The notes below the pieces were generated by a model. That model was given only the letters and a program-made list of their open reading frames with translations, ran no database searches and was not told the DNA's origin. This document shows, piece by piece, positions 39,700 to 53,928 of a stretch of DNA of 64,000 nucleotides. Position 1 is the first letter of the stretch. Each line of letters begins with the position of its first letter. Position numbers and translations under genes: made by a program. Location: NCBI GenBank assembly GCA_964016885.1, contig OZ024742.1, forward strand, positions 273,420,001-273,484,000. The letters run 5' to 3'. The stretch comes from Eledone cirrhosa (Eukaryota).

Positions 39700-40000
39700 C
39701 TTTAAGAGACGGCTGACCATCATCACTAAAGTACTCGTATTTAGAGAATTTACTTTTGTTGATAAATGTTATGTGATCGGCCAGGCTCAGGGTTGTGGAG
39801 TATAACATTGTTACATTATTTTTGTTAAGTACCTTATTTCAGTGAGAAGCTTTTCTGTAAAATACTGAAGAAAAAATTGAGAACATTCGAGGCTACACTT
39901 TTAGAGTACGCAGGTCGACACCATAAAATATTACGGCCGCGTCTACAACTTGGTGTATTGTAGCTTACTCGATCTCGTTCACCAAAAGTTGTGATATTCA
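39700..40000 (-). mobile_element. Hydra-like PLE linker fragment
   Basis: RRGRNILWCRPAYSKSVASNV..FF..L.K.F and LYSTTLSLADHI resemble the R.R.I.W..PP.S..V motif in the 41.1-kb and 62.4-kb elements. Confidence 0.55.
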
Positions 40001-40489
40001 TGCTGTTACCAAGTCCAGATGGTTTTGCCCCTTTATACCTATTGTCTTCCATACCCTTACAGCTTTCTGGAGAGTCTTATAAATGTATCTCTACGGTGGA
40101 ATATATACATATATGTATGCCTGCTGTATTGCAAATGTACTTAAAGACGACACACCGTGTAAGAAATAAATTCTGTTTGTAAATATCTTGTTTTCTCCAA
40201 CATATATTTCTGCTGATATATATTTATATATTTTCAACTACATTTTATCAAATTTGGTCGCACTACATAAATTAAACAGGTTCTGACCAGCGATATTCCC
40301 CTCTTTCTCCTTCCATTGACAACATAGTTTGTTACATCTCCTCCCACTTTTTAACTTAATGATATTTCAATTTTCTATTTTCCTTATTCCTTTCGTTAGT
40401 CTTCATTATTCCTTTATTTCTCTCTCTGTCTCTGTCTCCCTTTCTCTCTCTCTATCTATCTCTCTCTCTATATATATATATAACCAAAT

Positions 40490-42140
40490 TTTAAAGGTCA
40501 CAAAGAACATTTCGAAGAGGACTTGCCGGTTAGACTTATAGCACCTTCTAAGTCGGACATTGGAATAATTAGTAAAAATATTATAGATAGAATTTTGCCA
40601 ACATTGAAACTGAAGTCAAAGCTTAGCTTATCGAAGGACACGAGTGAAGTAATAGATTGGTTTATGAACATTGAAAATAAGAATAATCATAAATGTATTC
40701 AAATGGACATAGTGAGTTACTACTGAGAAAGTAACTGTAAAGTAACAGTAAAGTAACAGTAAAGTAGTTAACTTCCTTAATTTCACCCTTAATTTAAATT
40801 CAGGACTATATTACCCCTTCCGTAAACCCAATGAAAACCTAAATTATGTCAGCTTTCATTCCAATCATCCTAAATGTGTTAAAAATACAATAGTCAATAG
40901 TGTTCAACAACGTCTTACTAGATTATCTGCTAACAAATCCATTTTTAATAACAAAGCTGGATATTATAATGAAGCGTTACATAAGGCAGGATATAAAAAT
41001 AATATTGAATATCTAGATAATAGTAATTCTAAGTATAAACTAAATAATTATAGGCATAATATAAATATAGCAGACACTAAAAATAAAAATAATTTAAATA
41101 TAAATAAAAATACTAATTTCGTGAATAAATCGGGGAAAAAAATCAGAACTAAATCTGTTATTTGGTATGCACCACCAGCATCTTTAGATATTAAAACACC
41201 CCTAGCACAATTATTTTTTAAAGCATTATATAAATGTTTCGGAGCGTCAGACACCATGCTTTCTAGCATAGTTACGTCCCTTTACAGTCTGAGTTCAAAT
41301 CCCGCCGAGGTTAACTTTGCCTTTCATCCTTACGGGGTCGATAAAATAAAGTACCAGTAATGTACTGGGTAATTGCTGGCCTTGTGCCTAAAGTAGAAAA
41401 AATTATATAAATGTTTCCCTAGAACACATAACTACTACTCTATCTTCAATAGACACACAGTTAAGCTATCTTACTCAACAACTATGAATATGGCTCAAAA
41501 CATTGCAAAAATAAATAGCAGAATTCTTAGTTATAACAAACAGATAATTAGTGATAATGACAATATTAATATTAACAATAATATTGATACAGAGAATAAC
41601 AATAACATTAATTTAAGCACTTACAGTAGAACACCTACAAATATTAGTAATGATAATGCGAACAGTTTAGATTATAGAAATAACAGAAAATCGAAATGTA
41701 ACTAGAAATAGATCTGATTGCCCTTTGAAAAAGAACTGCCTTGATAAGAACTTAGTATATAAATGTACCGTTAAAGCGAATAACATTACCTACAACTACA
41801 TAGATGCAACCTCATTGAACTTTAAACTGAGATTTTCCAATCATAAACATTCTTTTTCTAATCCGGATACGAAATGTTCTACGTCTTTATTACAACTAAT
41901 ATGCTCTTTAAAAGAGAAAAATGTAAAATACTCAATACTTTGGTATAGGCTTCGGAATTGTCAAGTTTACCAAAATAGCTCTATCTCCCCTAACTGCAAT
42001 CTTTGCAATACCGATACTCTATTAATAATTGCTAATTATGGTAATTATATTAACAAAAAAAGTGAGTTATTCTCAAACTGCCTGCACAAATCTGCATCTA
42101 CATTTCAAGCATCATATAAAATTAGGAAAAAACATTGATT
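40490..42140 (+). mobile_element. Hydra-like PLE, internally deleted (RT N-part, thumb/linker, GIY-YIG), interrupted by a SINE
   Basis: H..EDLPVRLIAPSKSDIGIISK...VIDWF...MDIVSYY; NF.N.TLNL...PFRKPN...YVSFHSNHP; IWYAPP.S; C..R...CPL..NC...LVYKC...FKLRFSNHKHSF...CNLC...NKKSE...CLHK. Confidence 0.85.
41241..41401 (+). mobile_element. 5'-truncated SINE with 16-bp target-site duplication
   Basis: attatataaatgtttc at 41225-41240 and 41402-41417. Confidence 0.92.
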
Positions 42141-42562
42141 AAGTGAGAAAAGATTTTGACTCTTATTAATAATTCGTGTAATGGTTTTATTATTGCTATT
42201 ATTAATATTGGATATAAGGTTTCTACCTAACCATAGAAATTGTTTACCTGCTCTTTTAATGAGTATGTTAATCTATTGATTGTTTAAATACTCTTAGTTT
42301 TGATTTAGTATTTTTTTAAATCCTGTATCTTATAAATTTGATCTCTGTAATATATTCAGACTCGTAGACTGTTTAATTACTTTGAATGTTTGATTACGTC
42401 GTACGAAGATATTGTTTACATTTATCGTATAAAAGTTTCGTTTTATCTAAAATGATTAATAATCTGTACTAAACTTGATGTATAGTACTGAATACAGTAA
42501 AATCAAGTTAAATCAAAATTAGAACACTCTTAAGTGCAATTATAACTAATAATTAATATTAA

Positions 42563-43280
42563 AATGGTAAATAATGATACAAATGGGACCTGCCCCTTGA
42601 ATAGGAGCAAATTTTGGAATAGAGTAGAATAGAAAGAACTAGGAATAAGGTTAATAGAATAAACTCATGGTATGATAGCAATAAATACCAGAGTGTAATG
42701 TTCATCAATACACCCCTAGAGGTGAATTAGGTTACAAACTTAGAAGGGCCCTAGATAAACTTAAACTAAATATTAAGATAGTAGAAAGACCAGGTATCTA
42801 CATAAAAACACTTATTAGCAATACATACCCTTTTCAAAGACCTCCCTGTATAGATAAGAAATGCATAATCTGTAAACTAAGCCCCCATAAAACTAGAAAT
42901 GTAGGAAAATAGCATAGGATGTACTGAAGGACAATGTAAAGATAAGAATATAGTGTACATAGGTGAGACAGCTCGTAGTATAGGAGAACGGTTAAATGAA
43001 CACTGGCGAGAACTTCAAGATAAAAAAGAATCATCAATACTCCACCAACATGCTAAAATAGAGCATAAGGGCAAATTAGAGAACATAGAAATAAAAATAG
43101 AATCTACACACAGAAAAGACGCAATGTTTACACAAATCACAGAGGCAATAAACATAAATGAACTCCAACCAAAATTAAATAGAAAACATTAATGGAATAG
43201 CAACATCACAACTTACAATTAAGGACAAAATGAAAACACACACACACATAGAACAAACAACCAGCCAGTAACATGTAAAT
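42563..43280 (+). mobile_element. Third fragment of the Naiad-like PLE family (linker plus GIY-YIG)
   Basis: Aligns with 13288-13975; YIGETARSIGERLNEH...EA.NI...P.LNRKH. Confidence 0.9.
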
Positions 43281-43296
43281 CGCATAATGTTATTAG

Positions 43297-43371
<75 letters not shown>

Positions 43372-44349
43372 TGTATACACTTATATATATATATATATAA
43401 ACAAATAGTAGAGATGAAATATATTTTTTCAGTAGAAAATGCTGAAGAGATTCTTTCAGTAAAATATCAAATTATTTATTTATAAAGTAGATATTTCCGC
43501 ATTTAATAATACCGGTTTCAGCATTATATGCTGTGGATAAGGTACTTATGTTGCATATTTATACGAATAATAAAAAAGGGAAGAAAAATTATTAGTTTTT
43601 AAATACATATTTAGATAGGAAACATCATATCTCTGTCTGTGTTTGTCCTTTCTTATTAGTTGGCTGACAGAAGTAGTAGTTTTAATCTTTTTTATTTTTG
43701 ACTGGTGGTAATAGGGGGAGAGGGGGAGAAGAGGGGGAAGGTGGAGGAGGGGGAGAAGTGGTGTGGCGGGAGAAGAAGGTGGAGTCAGGATATAGGTGTG
43801 GTAGCAATCTGTTGTGGTGAAAGCCAATTTCAAAAATGGCTACAAAATCGAGCTGGGATTAGTTTGAATGGTTGAGTGACCTTAGATTTGACGGGGGAGG
43901 TGATTGTTTCTAAAAATATCTATCTTGGTATAAATTATTTTATCTTGGAAAAAATCGACGTTGACATTATAATTTTGCCACAAAAAGATTCAGGGTTACT
44001 GAAATACTAATTCTATCTTCAGCACAAACTTCCAGATTCAGGGTAATCTAGAAAAGGGAGCTCATCGATTTTATTACGGGTAAACAACCAACCAACTATA
44101 TTGCAGGCCCATGAAGGATAAAGAGAAAGATGACATTGACGGGATTCAAAGCGAAAACGTACCGGGACGTACATATTGTAAAGAATTTAATTTGACTCCT
44201 TAATGCTCCGATTTATAGATTATCTTCGTGAAGTTCCTGAAGGACTAGCTGATTTGGGTGTTTCTAGGTGGTTGCTGAAATCTTTGAGAAGGATACATTG
44301 GGTTAATTTGTCTAGGATGTTAATTTTAAAGTGTGCCAGCTGTAGTTTA

Positions 44350-46556
44350 GTCCGAATAGGGTGCATTTAAAAGAGGTTTGTATTTGCGATAAATTGTGCT
44401 AATGCGCTTTTTTCTTGAAATTTGTAGATGGGAAAATTCTGAAATTGGGTTGTTCATTAGATGCGCAGGTCGCAAGATGTTCACTTAGTGCTATCTTTTT
44501 GTATTGCCGTATTTTCATTTGGGATCTTTGGACGGTCATAAGCTGGCTGTTATTGATATGTCGTATGTAGTGCCCTCGACATCCTGAGCAAGTCAACACA
44601 GGTTTTCTGATGCGCTTGTGAAATTGTATGTAAGTGTAAAGTGTTGTCCTTGTTTGCAGTGGAACTCCGATCCCTCTATTATATTGATACATATACCACA
44701 GTTAGGTCTTCCGCATTTTCTTACTGTAGGGTTCATTGTGAAGGTCGGCTGAACACTGGCCTGTGTAAGGATGGTTTTATAGCTTTGGGTTGTATTTTGC
44801 TCTTTATGATGATGCGTTTGAAGGATTTGTTTCATTCCCAGGTCTCTTTTTTTTTAGTAAAGGTATGTTCTGGAGGATGGTGTCGAATGCCTCATTGTTA
44901 AGGGGCTTGTGAGTGGAGATGTATGGTAGAGTTTTCAGTTTTGAGGTGTCTAAGTTCCTGGGTGTTGAGTTTTAGGGCACGTTGGAATTCATTGTTGATT
45001 AGGGATGTTGTGTAATTTCTGCTAATAAGTGTGTTTTTTAATTCTTCTAGTCGTATGTAGCATGTATATTTGTCAGATATTATTGTGCAGATCCTTTTGG
45101 CTAGATTGTAAGGAATGCTCATTTTTTGTGTCTAGGGTGGCATGAGTTGAATGTAAGATACTGTTTGGAATCTGTGTGTTTATAGTACGTCTTTTTCTAT
45201 GTTGTTGTTGTTTTTCTTGATAAGGATGTCGAGGAAAGGAAGTTGTTCATGGCTGTATTCCATTGTAAATTAAATGTTTGTGTTGAGTCCATTTAGAAGT
45301 GTTTTAAATTCAATAAGTCTGTCTATACTTTCATGCCAGAGGATGAAGCAGTCGTCCAGATAACTCTTCCAGTTTTTTTCTATGTGGAGGTAGAAGGAGT
45401 TTTCGTATTTATCTAGTATTTTTGGGTAGAGTGTGCTTTCCACGTATCCCATAACGAGGTTGTCGTACGAGGATGCCGTTTTCGTGCCCATGGCAGTCCC
45501 GGATTTCTGTCTGTAGAATTTGGCAACGAATTCGAAGTAGTTATTCTCCAAGATAAATTTGAGCGCTTCTAATACGAATTTCTTTATGATGCGGTATGGT
45601 GGTTCATTTGGGTAATTTTCTAACCAGAATTGGATTGCCTCTATTCTTAGGTTGTGTGGGATATTGGAATAAAGGTTGACTACATCAACAGTCACTATTA
45701 GGTTATGTTTCATCATTAAGTGTATTTGATCGGCCCTTGTGGCCAATAAATGAATTCATTATTAAGTGTATTTGGGGGGTAGTTGAGCATATCAATGTCG
45801 TTCGATATGTAGCTTTTAACTGTTTCAGGAATGGTTTTAACAGGATATCTAGGAGGTTGCTGAGGCGGTGTGTTTCGCTTCGCAAGGGAGTCCTGCTATT
45901 ATATGTCTTATTTTGAAGTCATTGGGTGAGGGGATATTGATGAATATGTCTGTGGCTTCTTTGCATGCCTTACTTACTTTTTCGCTCTTTTGTATCCTAG
46001 GGATACTGTAGAAAAGGCTGTCATATAGTTGTACTCCTTGACGGTAAGTCCTTCTCTGAAAAGTGTTGTCAGGGTTTTTAGGTTTCTGTTGTCTGTAGTG
46101 TTGAGCTTTTTCGTAGTATGCTTCGTCTTCTAAAGTTGAGAACACTAGGGTTGTATAATATTCTGTCTCCATAAGAACTTCTGCACTCCCTTTAACCGCC
46201 TCTTTGATTGTTAAAGTGTTATCATTCTTTAATCTGTTCAGCACATCCCATTCTTTCTTGTTGAAGTTTGGACTTGGTTTATGTCTGTGTAGGTGTTCAT
46301 ATGGGTAAATTGTAATGTGTCCGCAGAATTGGTCTAGGAATTTGTTCTTACCTTTTGATGGGCGTAGTTGGTTTTTATTTCTAGCTAGTGAGTCGTCCTC
46401 ATTGTACTGGTCGTGTAGTTCCTCGCTAAGTCTTAGTTTTCTACAGAATTCGCCGCAATGTCTTCCCTTAATTCAGAGTAGTTTGTAGGTTGGGGGGGGG
46501 GTAAATTTTAGCCCTTTGGAGAGTATGTTCATTTGGTGTGTTGTTAGTACTTTAGT
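44350..46556 (-). mobile_element. Neptune-like PLE, decayed (RT plus Cys-rich linker plus GIY-YIG)
   Basis: LSKGLKF; IKEAVKG (DKG position); DVVNLYSNIPH; GTAMGT; YLDDCF; LPFLDI; SIPYNLAKRICTI; CGRPNCGIC linker; LTCSGC..HYI...R...ALSEHL. Confidence 0.88.
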
Positions 46557-46590
<34 letters not shown>

Positions 46591-46838
46591 TAATAAAAAC
46601 AAGCTGTCCTCATTTCTGAGGACAGCTTGTATATGTGAAGGTATGTATATTTCCTCTGATAATTTGTAATATTTTTACATAGATCTATATGATATACATA
46701 CCAACACACATATACATCCTAGAAACGATCGTAAAATGATGAATATTTTAATATAAGGAACTTTTTCTTTGTTTTTATTTCATTGTTTTTATTAATTTAC
46801 CTTCACTATGTTTTCCTATGATTTTTATCGAAAATGTT

Positions 46839-46870
<32 letters not shown>

Positions 46871-49800
46871 GGTGCGTATGTTTGTGTGTGCGCGTGTGGA
46901 ATGTCTATGCAGGTACTTGCGTCTCTCCCTGCTACCTTAGATGAAAGCAAAAATCAAACTTTTCCAAGAGTTTCGTGTGGAAATGGAATATTTTAACAGG
47001 AATATGAGGTGACTGAGTTAATCTACGTGTACCAGAATCAATAAAGCCAAAAAAAAAATCGAATTAACAAAAAATGGTTTATGTTCGATTACCGCCAGTT
47101 CGGGAAATATTAACAGGTTCAACAAAAAGTTATATTTTTCACTTTCCTTATAGCAACCTCATTATTAAAACTATTTTCCTATGCTTTCATCGTGTGAGAG
47201 ATTGGTGTTTTGCCAAAAGGAAATCAATATTTAATTAATTTAAGATACTTCAACTTCGCATTAAATAAACTCATAAATGTTGTAATTTAATTTCGATATA
47301 TATTGTTTCATTTTCCATTGATTTTTTTACTTTCTCTCGAAGCTACCTCCAACTGATTTGATTAATGAAACTTGTACTGGTGATGATAACTCGGAAAAGG
47401 CTAACATTTTGCATGAATCATTCATTTGCAAAATTAATGTTATATATTTTAAAGCATTTTATTTATTATTTTCTTCTTGTTTGCTTAATTTAATTATTTA
47501 AATCTGGCAATATTCATAGTTCCCCGAAACCCACAAAATATCAAAACTATGTTTTACGTGAACTTGCACCTATCAGTTCTGTAATAAATTAAAATTGAAG
47601 AGAAATGTCTAGAAATTTATATAGAAACTGATGGGAATTATTTGTACCCTATCATGAATACACAAGTCAATGCATTAATGAGTTGTTATAGGTTGACGTG
47701 GTTTATGCACTCATTAGAAGGTGTGAAGGAGAGGTTACCTTCGTAGCTTGTATTTCGCTGATACACGTCATATCACCGTCTCCTGTGTATAAATTTAGCG
47801 TGGCCTAATAAGAGATAGAAATGCAAGAGATGTATATTTGGCAGTTAGATTACACAATACCGTTTGGGGAACGGTAGTAAATGTTTTAGCTTCTAGAAAT
47901 CTCAATATAACAACTCTTCAACGTATTAGACTGCAATATTCCGCCACTGCCTTTGATCAAACCCTGTTGTCTCTTCTTTCTAATAGAAGACAGTATTGAA
48001 AACACTATTGAAATGTAAGATCCGGGAGGAAAACGACCTACCATGCGAATATTTGACAGTAATCCAACAACAAATGTATAGTTGTTGATGAAGTGGATGA
48101 TGACAACGTCGGTGATGGCACTGTTGCCGGTGATAAGGATCATGATAATGACAATGGTGATTTTGTTTTCATATTTGTGACAGTAGTTGTGGTAGTGTCT
48201 GTCGTTTTGGGGTATCTTAGATATTTTAATCATCCTACTGATGTTCGTTATTATGTATTTCTTGTTTGTTTGCCTTGTTGTTTTGAAGAGCAGAATTCTT
48301 GACTTGGCTAGACATTCGTTCTTCTCAGACATAATACATTGACCGCCTCCTTGTCCAATTAGTTTTTTTCTATTTCGTGATTGTGAGATGTGATATAAAA
48401 ACCTTTTCTCTGATAGTTTCAGTAGCCTGAATAACCTTCGGAGTTTCACTCTTTGGGTCGCATGTGATGAGTTAGAATATATAATTGTTGTAACTGATGT
48501 AAATGAATACGATGATGATTATGTTGATGATGCTCTGATGAGGATGAATAGGCGGGATTAACAATATAATGGTCATGAGGTTATAGATGATAACCACTTT
48601 GCATTGTTGATGACTAATATGAATATCGTGCTGATGATTCTTTCAGAGGGATCGGAAAAAATTGAAATACAATAAAATATAAGAAAATCCCACGAAAAGT
48701 GGTGCGTTATCTCTTATCAGCCGATTGATTTATCGCGATGCTATAGTCATTAAACTATTGAATCTCAATATCTATAAATATGTATAGCAACCTCATGGAA
48801 GTCATGTGGTCATTTATGCCTTCTGGCGAGGAACGATCGTATAGTTTTTTTAACAGATGTTATTTAATCATTAATATCCAACAGCTTCCATTCAGCTATA
48901 TTTTATTATTCTTGATGGAACTTTCAAATAATTATTTTTCTCCATTATTTTCGTTCGTTTTTATATTTATATTTTATTTTATTTATTTATTTTCTTTTGC
49001 GCGTGTATGTGTGTCGGTTGTGCGTGTATATGTCATTATGTTAGCAATTATGCACCTGTTTGTATATGTGTAATTTTTAACTAAAACCGAATAGTTGTAC
49101 TCTTTGGATCATAAGTAACTATCCTTGTTAAAATCCTCCACAGTCATGAGAAAAAGTAACCACCATTATTTGACTTGCGTTTTTATATCGAATAATAAAT
49201 TTATCCCATTGTTTAAATCAGTAATTTAGATTTCGGAGTATAATAACATTACAATTTTCACATATGTCAATTTCTACCATGTACCCTGCTCTGAGACTAA
49301 CGACAGAAGATAGTTAATTTCCAAGCCAATTGTGACCTCTATGTAGAGATTGAATGAATTCGAATTGTTTATCCTGTAGAGGAAGAAAAAGCAATAGACG
49401 CCTTCTATTAGCGAGAAGTCTCATACATCGACTGAAACGGGGAGATAAGAAAAATGCCCCTAAATGAATATTGGTTGTGTTTAATAATGAACAGGAACGA
49501 TTACTCCAAAATATATTCAAACAGTTTCACTTTCACAGGATATATTATATAGTACTTGCCTAACGTTCCTCACATAGTGATTGAATGCAAAACTGTGCAT
49601 TGATGATGCAGTGGAGCTCGCTTCTATATTGACGTCATTATTAAAGGTCCTTTGCAAGTTACTATATTCAATATATATGTCAAAGGCTATGAAGATGGTA
49701 TGCACTTGCATATCAATGCTCGAACGAAGATTCGAAATTACGTGCAACAACAAATGAAGTTTGAAGGAAAGTATAATTTATTTTTTACATTCACACACAA

Positions 49801-50861
49801 ATAAACAGTGTAGATAAGAAACCATTCATTTCATCATTTTAAGTGTGGTGTATGATACGTTTTAATCCTGTAAAATATATGTGTTAGTGAATATTTCTAT
49901 TTATACATATGTAGCAATGTAAGTCCTTCTATACCAACATTTCTCACAGTGTAAGTCTCCTCTACCAGGGTAATGCACGTATATGTATATGCATATATAT
50001 GTGATCGTATAAACATATGTGGAGTTATACACATTCCTCCTGCATTTTTACCTTGAAAACTTCACAATAGATTTAAACCTATAACCACATATAATTCACC
50101 TATAATCCACATATGTGTTCGTATATCAATTAAACTTCCATTTGTTGGAACTATAGATTTATGGGTGATCAGTGCAACATTTAATGTTTCAGATATTAGT
50201 TTATCAGAGATATCGACTTCAATGTTCCACTGGTAATTTTCCAATTGAATCCAAAATGACGAATGAAAAATATACTCGCGACAAGATTTGAAATCTCAAT
50301 ATAAAACTTATAATCAACATGTGGTTTGGGAATTTTGCAAACACAATAATATAGTCAATTATCGATATACCACTTGACCATACATATTGTCAAAATATTG
50401 AAATGCTTTGTACGATATAGGGTTAGAATGTTCTCAAAAGAGTATAACTATTTTTTGCAATTAATGATTCATATGCATTGGAAACTCAAATTGATATATT
50501 CTATTTGAATGTACTCATACAAATCAGAGTATAATTTTGTGAGTGTTATAAGAAGAGTGCAATTAATTCCTGCAATTAATTCCAGTAATTAATTCCTGCA
50601 ATTAATTTCAGCGATTCCTCCTGGAAATCCTCCATTAACATATGAATTCTGTTGCGCTTCCTCGCGGGTCAGAAACTCTAAATTTAATCCACGTCCCATA
50701 CTTGTCTTTTCTACTACCACCAGTGAAAAATCAACATGTTTATAGCATAAAACAATTTGATATAGATAGAAATATAAGTCTAAGGAGATCTAAATTGTGG
50801 ATGTCTCCCAGTGTGGATTATTTCGATGAGATTTCTTTTACTTTTTGTTATCTAAAATTGT

Positions 50862-51811
50862 ATAATAATTGTTTCTACTTTTTAGCACAAGGCCAGCAAT
50901 TATCCAGTGCATTACTTTATTTTATCGACCCCGTAAGGATTAAAGGCAAAGTTTACCTCGGTGGGATTCGAACACAGAATGGCAAAAGCCGTAACTCTAT
51001 GCGTCAAAGCATAGCGTCCGACCCACTACCGATACTGCCAATCCATTTACGATTTGAGTTCAAATCCCGCCGAGGTTAACTTTGCCTTTCATTCTTACGG
51101 GGTCGATAAAATAAAGTACCAGTATTGTACTGGGTAATTGCTGGCCTTGTGCCAAAAGAAGAAATACTTATTATAAAAGGCGGTGGATTGGCAGTGTCGG
51201 TGTGGATTGGCAGTATCGGTAGATAGTCGGACCCCATGCTTTCCAGCATAGTTACGTCCCTTTACGGTTTGAGTTCAAATCCCGCCGAGGTTCACTTTGC
51301 CTTTCATCCTTACGGGGTCGATAAAATAAAGGATAAAATAAAGTACCAGTAATTACTGGGTAATTGCTGTCCTTGTGCCAAAAAGGTATAAACAATTATT
51401 ATAAAAGGCGGTGGATTGGCAGTATCAGTAGAGGGTCGGACGCCATGCTTTGACGCAAAGAGTTACGTCCCTTTACGATTTGAGTTCAAATGTATCCGAG
51501 GTTCACTTTGCCTTTCATATTTATGGGGTCGATAAAATAAAATACCAGTAATGTACTGTTATACTACTGGCCTTGTGCCAAAAAGCGATAAGCAATTATT
51601 ATAAAAGGCGGTGGATTGGCAGTATCGGTAGAAGGTCGGACGCCATGATTTCATGCATAGTGATACGGCCTTGCTATTCTGTATTCAAATCCCGCCGAGG
51701 TTAACTTTGCCTTTCATCCTTATGGAGTCGATAAAATAAAGTACCAGTAATGCACTGGTTAATTGCTAGCCTTGTGACAAAAGTACAAACAATTGTAATA
51801 ATAATAATAAT
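50862..51811. mobile_element. SINE cluster: one inverted copy (50862-51045, minus) head-to-head with four tandem plus-strand copies
   Basis: Units joined by attataaaaggcggtggattggcag at about 51175, 51403 and 51603; same family as the 21.4-kb SINEs. Confidence 0.92.
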
Positions 51812-52165
51812 ATTAATATTCGGCTCGTTTGCAAACAATTGTGTTTTCTAGATGACTGTGGTCAAGCTTTTGTTCCAGTGGTAGTAGAGGGAAAAGAGTC
51901 GACAATTGTTTCGGAAATATTACATGTTATCAAGTCTGTATATTCTCTCGTCCGTCAAATGTATCCTCTGGAACAGCTGAGAATACATAGAACCCTCAAA
52001 GGTAAACGTCGTCTGATTAGCCTAATTTACGGTTTACTTCGAAAATCGAAAACAAACTTTGTTTTCGTTCTAACAAGGTTTAAACATAACAATTCTATAA
52101 TAATAAGCTTATTAAGATTCGGTTCGTTTGCAGTCTCAATAAGGGGATATAAATCCGAATAAGAC

Positions 52166-53057
<892 letters not shown>

Positions 53058-53168
53058 AAGTTATATTTAAAATTGTTGGGTTACAACTAGCGTAAACCTC
53101 TTCAAATGAAGTTGATGTTTATTACGGTATGTCGAATATATTTATCTATAAAACTGTTTATATTGTAC

Positions 53169-53228
53169 TTTGTCTGATGAAGGCATAGCATATTGTTAAT
53201 ATGATATCCCCGAAATATATATAATGAA
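53169..53228 (+). ncRNA. Minimal hammerhead ribozyme motif
   Basis: tttgt-CTGATGA-aggcatagcatatt(gtt)aatatgatatcccc-GAAA-tatata-TA-atgaa. Core intact; stems I and II imperfect. Confidence 0.65.
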
Positions 53229-53280
53229 ATAGATATGGTTTTATAAATATAGTTTTCCATTTATTTAATATTGTATATAT

Positions 53281-53332
<52 letters not shown>

Positions 53333-53335
53333 ATA

Positions 53336-53746
53336 TATTAGAATTGGTTCTCTGAAATAGCTATATATATATGAATGTATATATAGTGTATTTTGCAATA
53401 CACTGTATGCTTAAATAAAAGCATTTCGAAGACCTTATGCTATTGTTTTATATATATATATAGATATTTCAGAGCACCAATTCTAATTTTCAATTTCTGC
53501 TTGACCGGCAACCGCTCTGTATAATCAGTTCCAAACATCCATGAATTCAGCAAGCAGGAAGAGTAGTTGGCTTTGATAAGCATCAGTAAATGCGAAACAA
53601 GGCCTTGTCAGCTTTATCACCCTCTGCTTGCTGCAATTAAAGTAAGAGAGTCTGTCACTACTCTAAAACAATAGCATAAGGTCTTCGATATGCTTCCAAT
53701 TAAGCATACAGTGTATTGCAAAATACACTATATATACATTCATATA
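53336..53746. repeat. Nested inverted repeats (MITE/PLE-end-like)
   Basis: 53365-53450 is the reverse complement of 53663-53746. 53338-53360 is the reverse complement of 53465-53487. Internal hairpin agtgtattttgcaatacact. Confidence 0.8.
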
Positions 53747-53762
53747 TGTATATATATATATG

Positions 53763-53860
<98 letters not shown>

Positions 53861-53928
53861 AATACGTTCTTCAAGATTGAATCGGAGGTAACCACAGAAT
53901 GTAAGGTACTCAATACATAGCAGAGTAT

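Noticed and set aside
47886-48449. 187-aa minus-strand ORF as a gene
   Set aside because: It has a non-ATG start, spans low-complexity (GAT/GTT)n sequence and has no recognisable domain.
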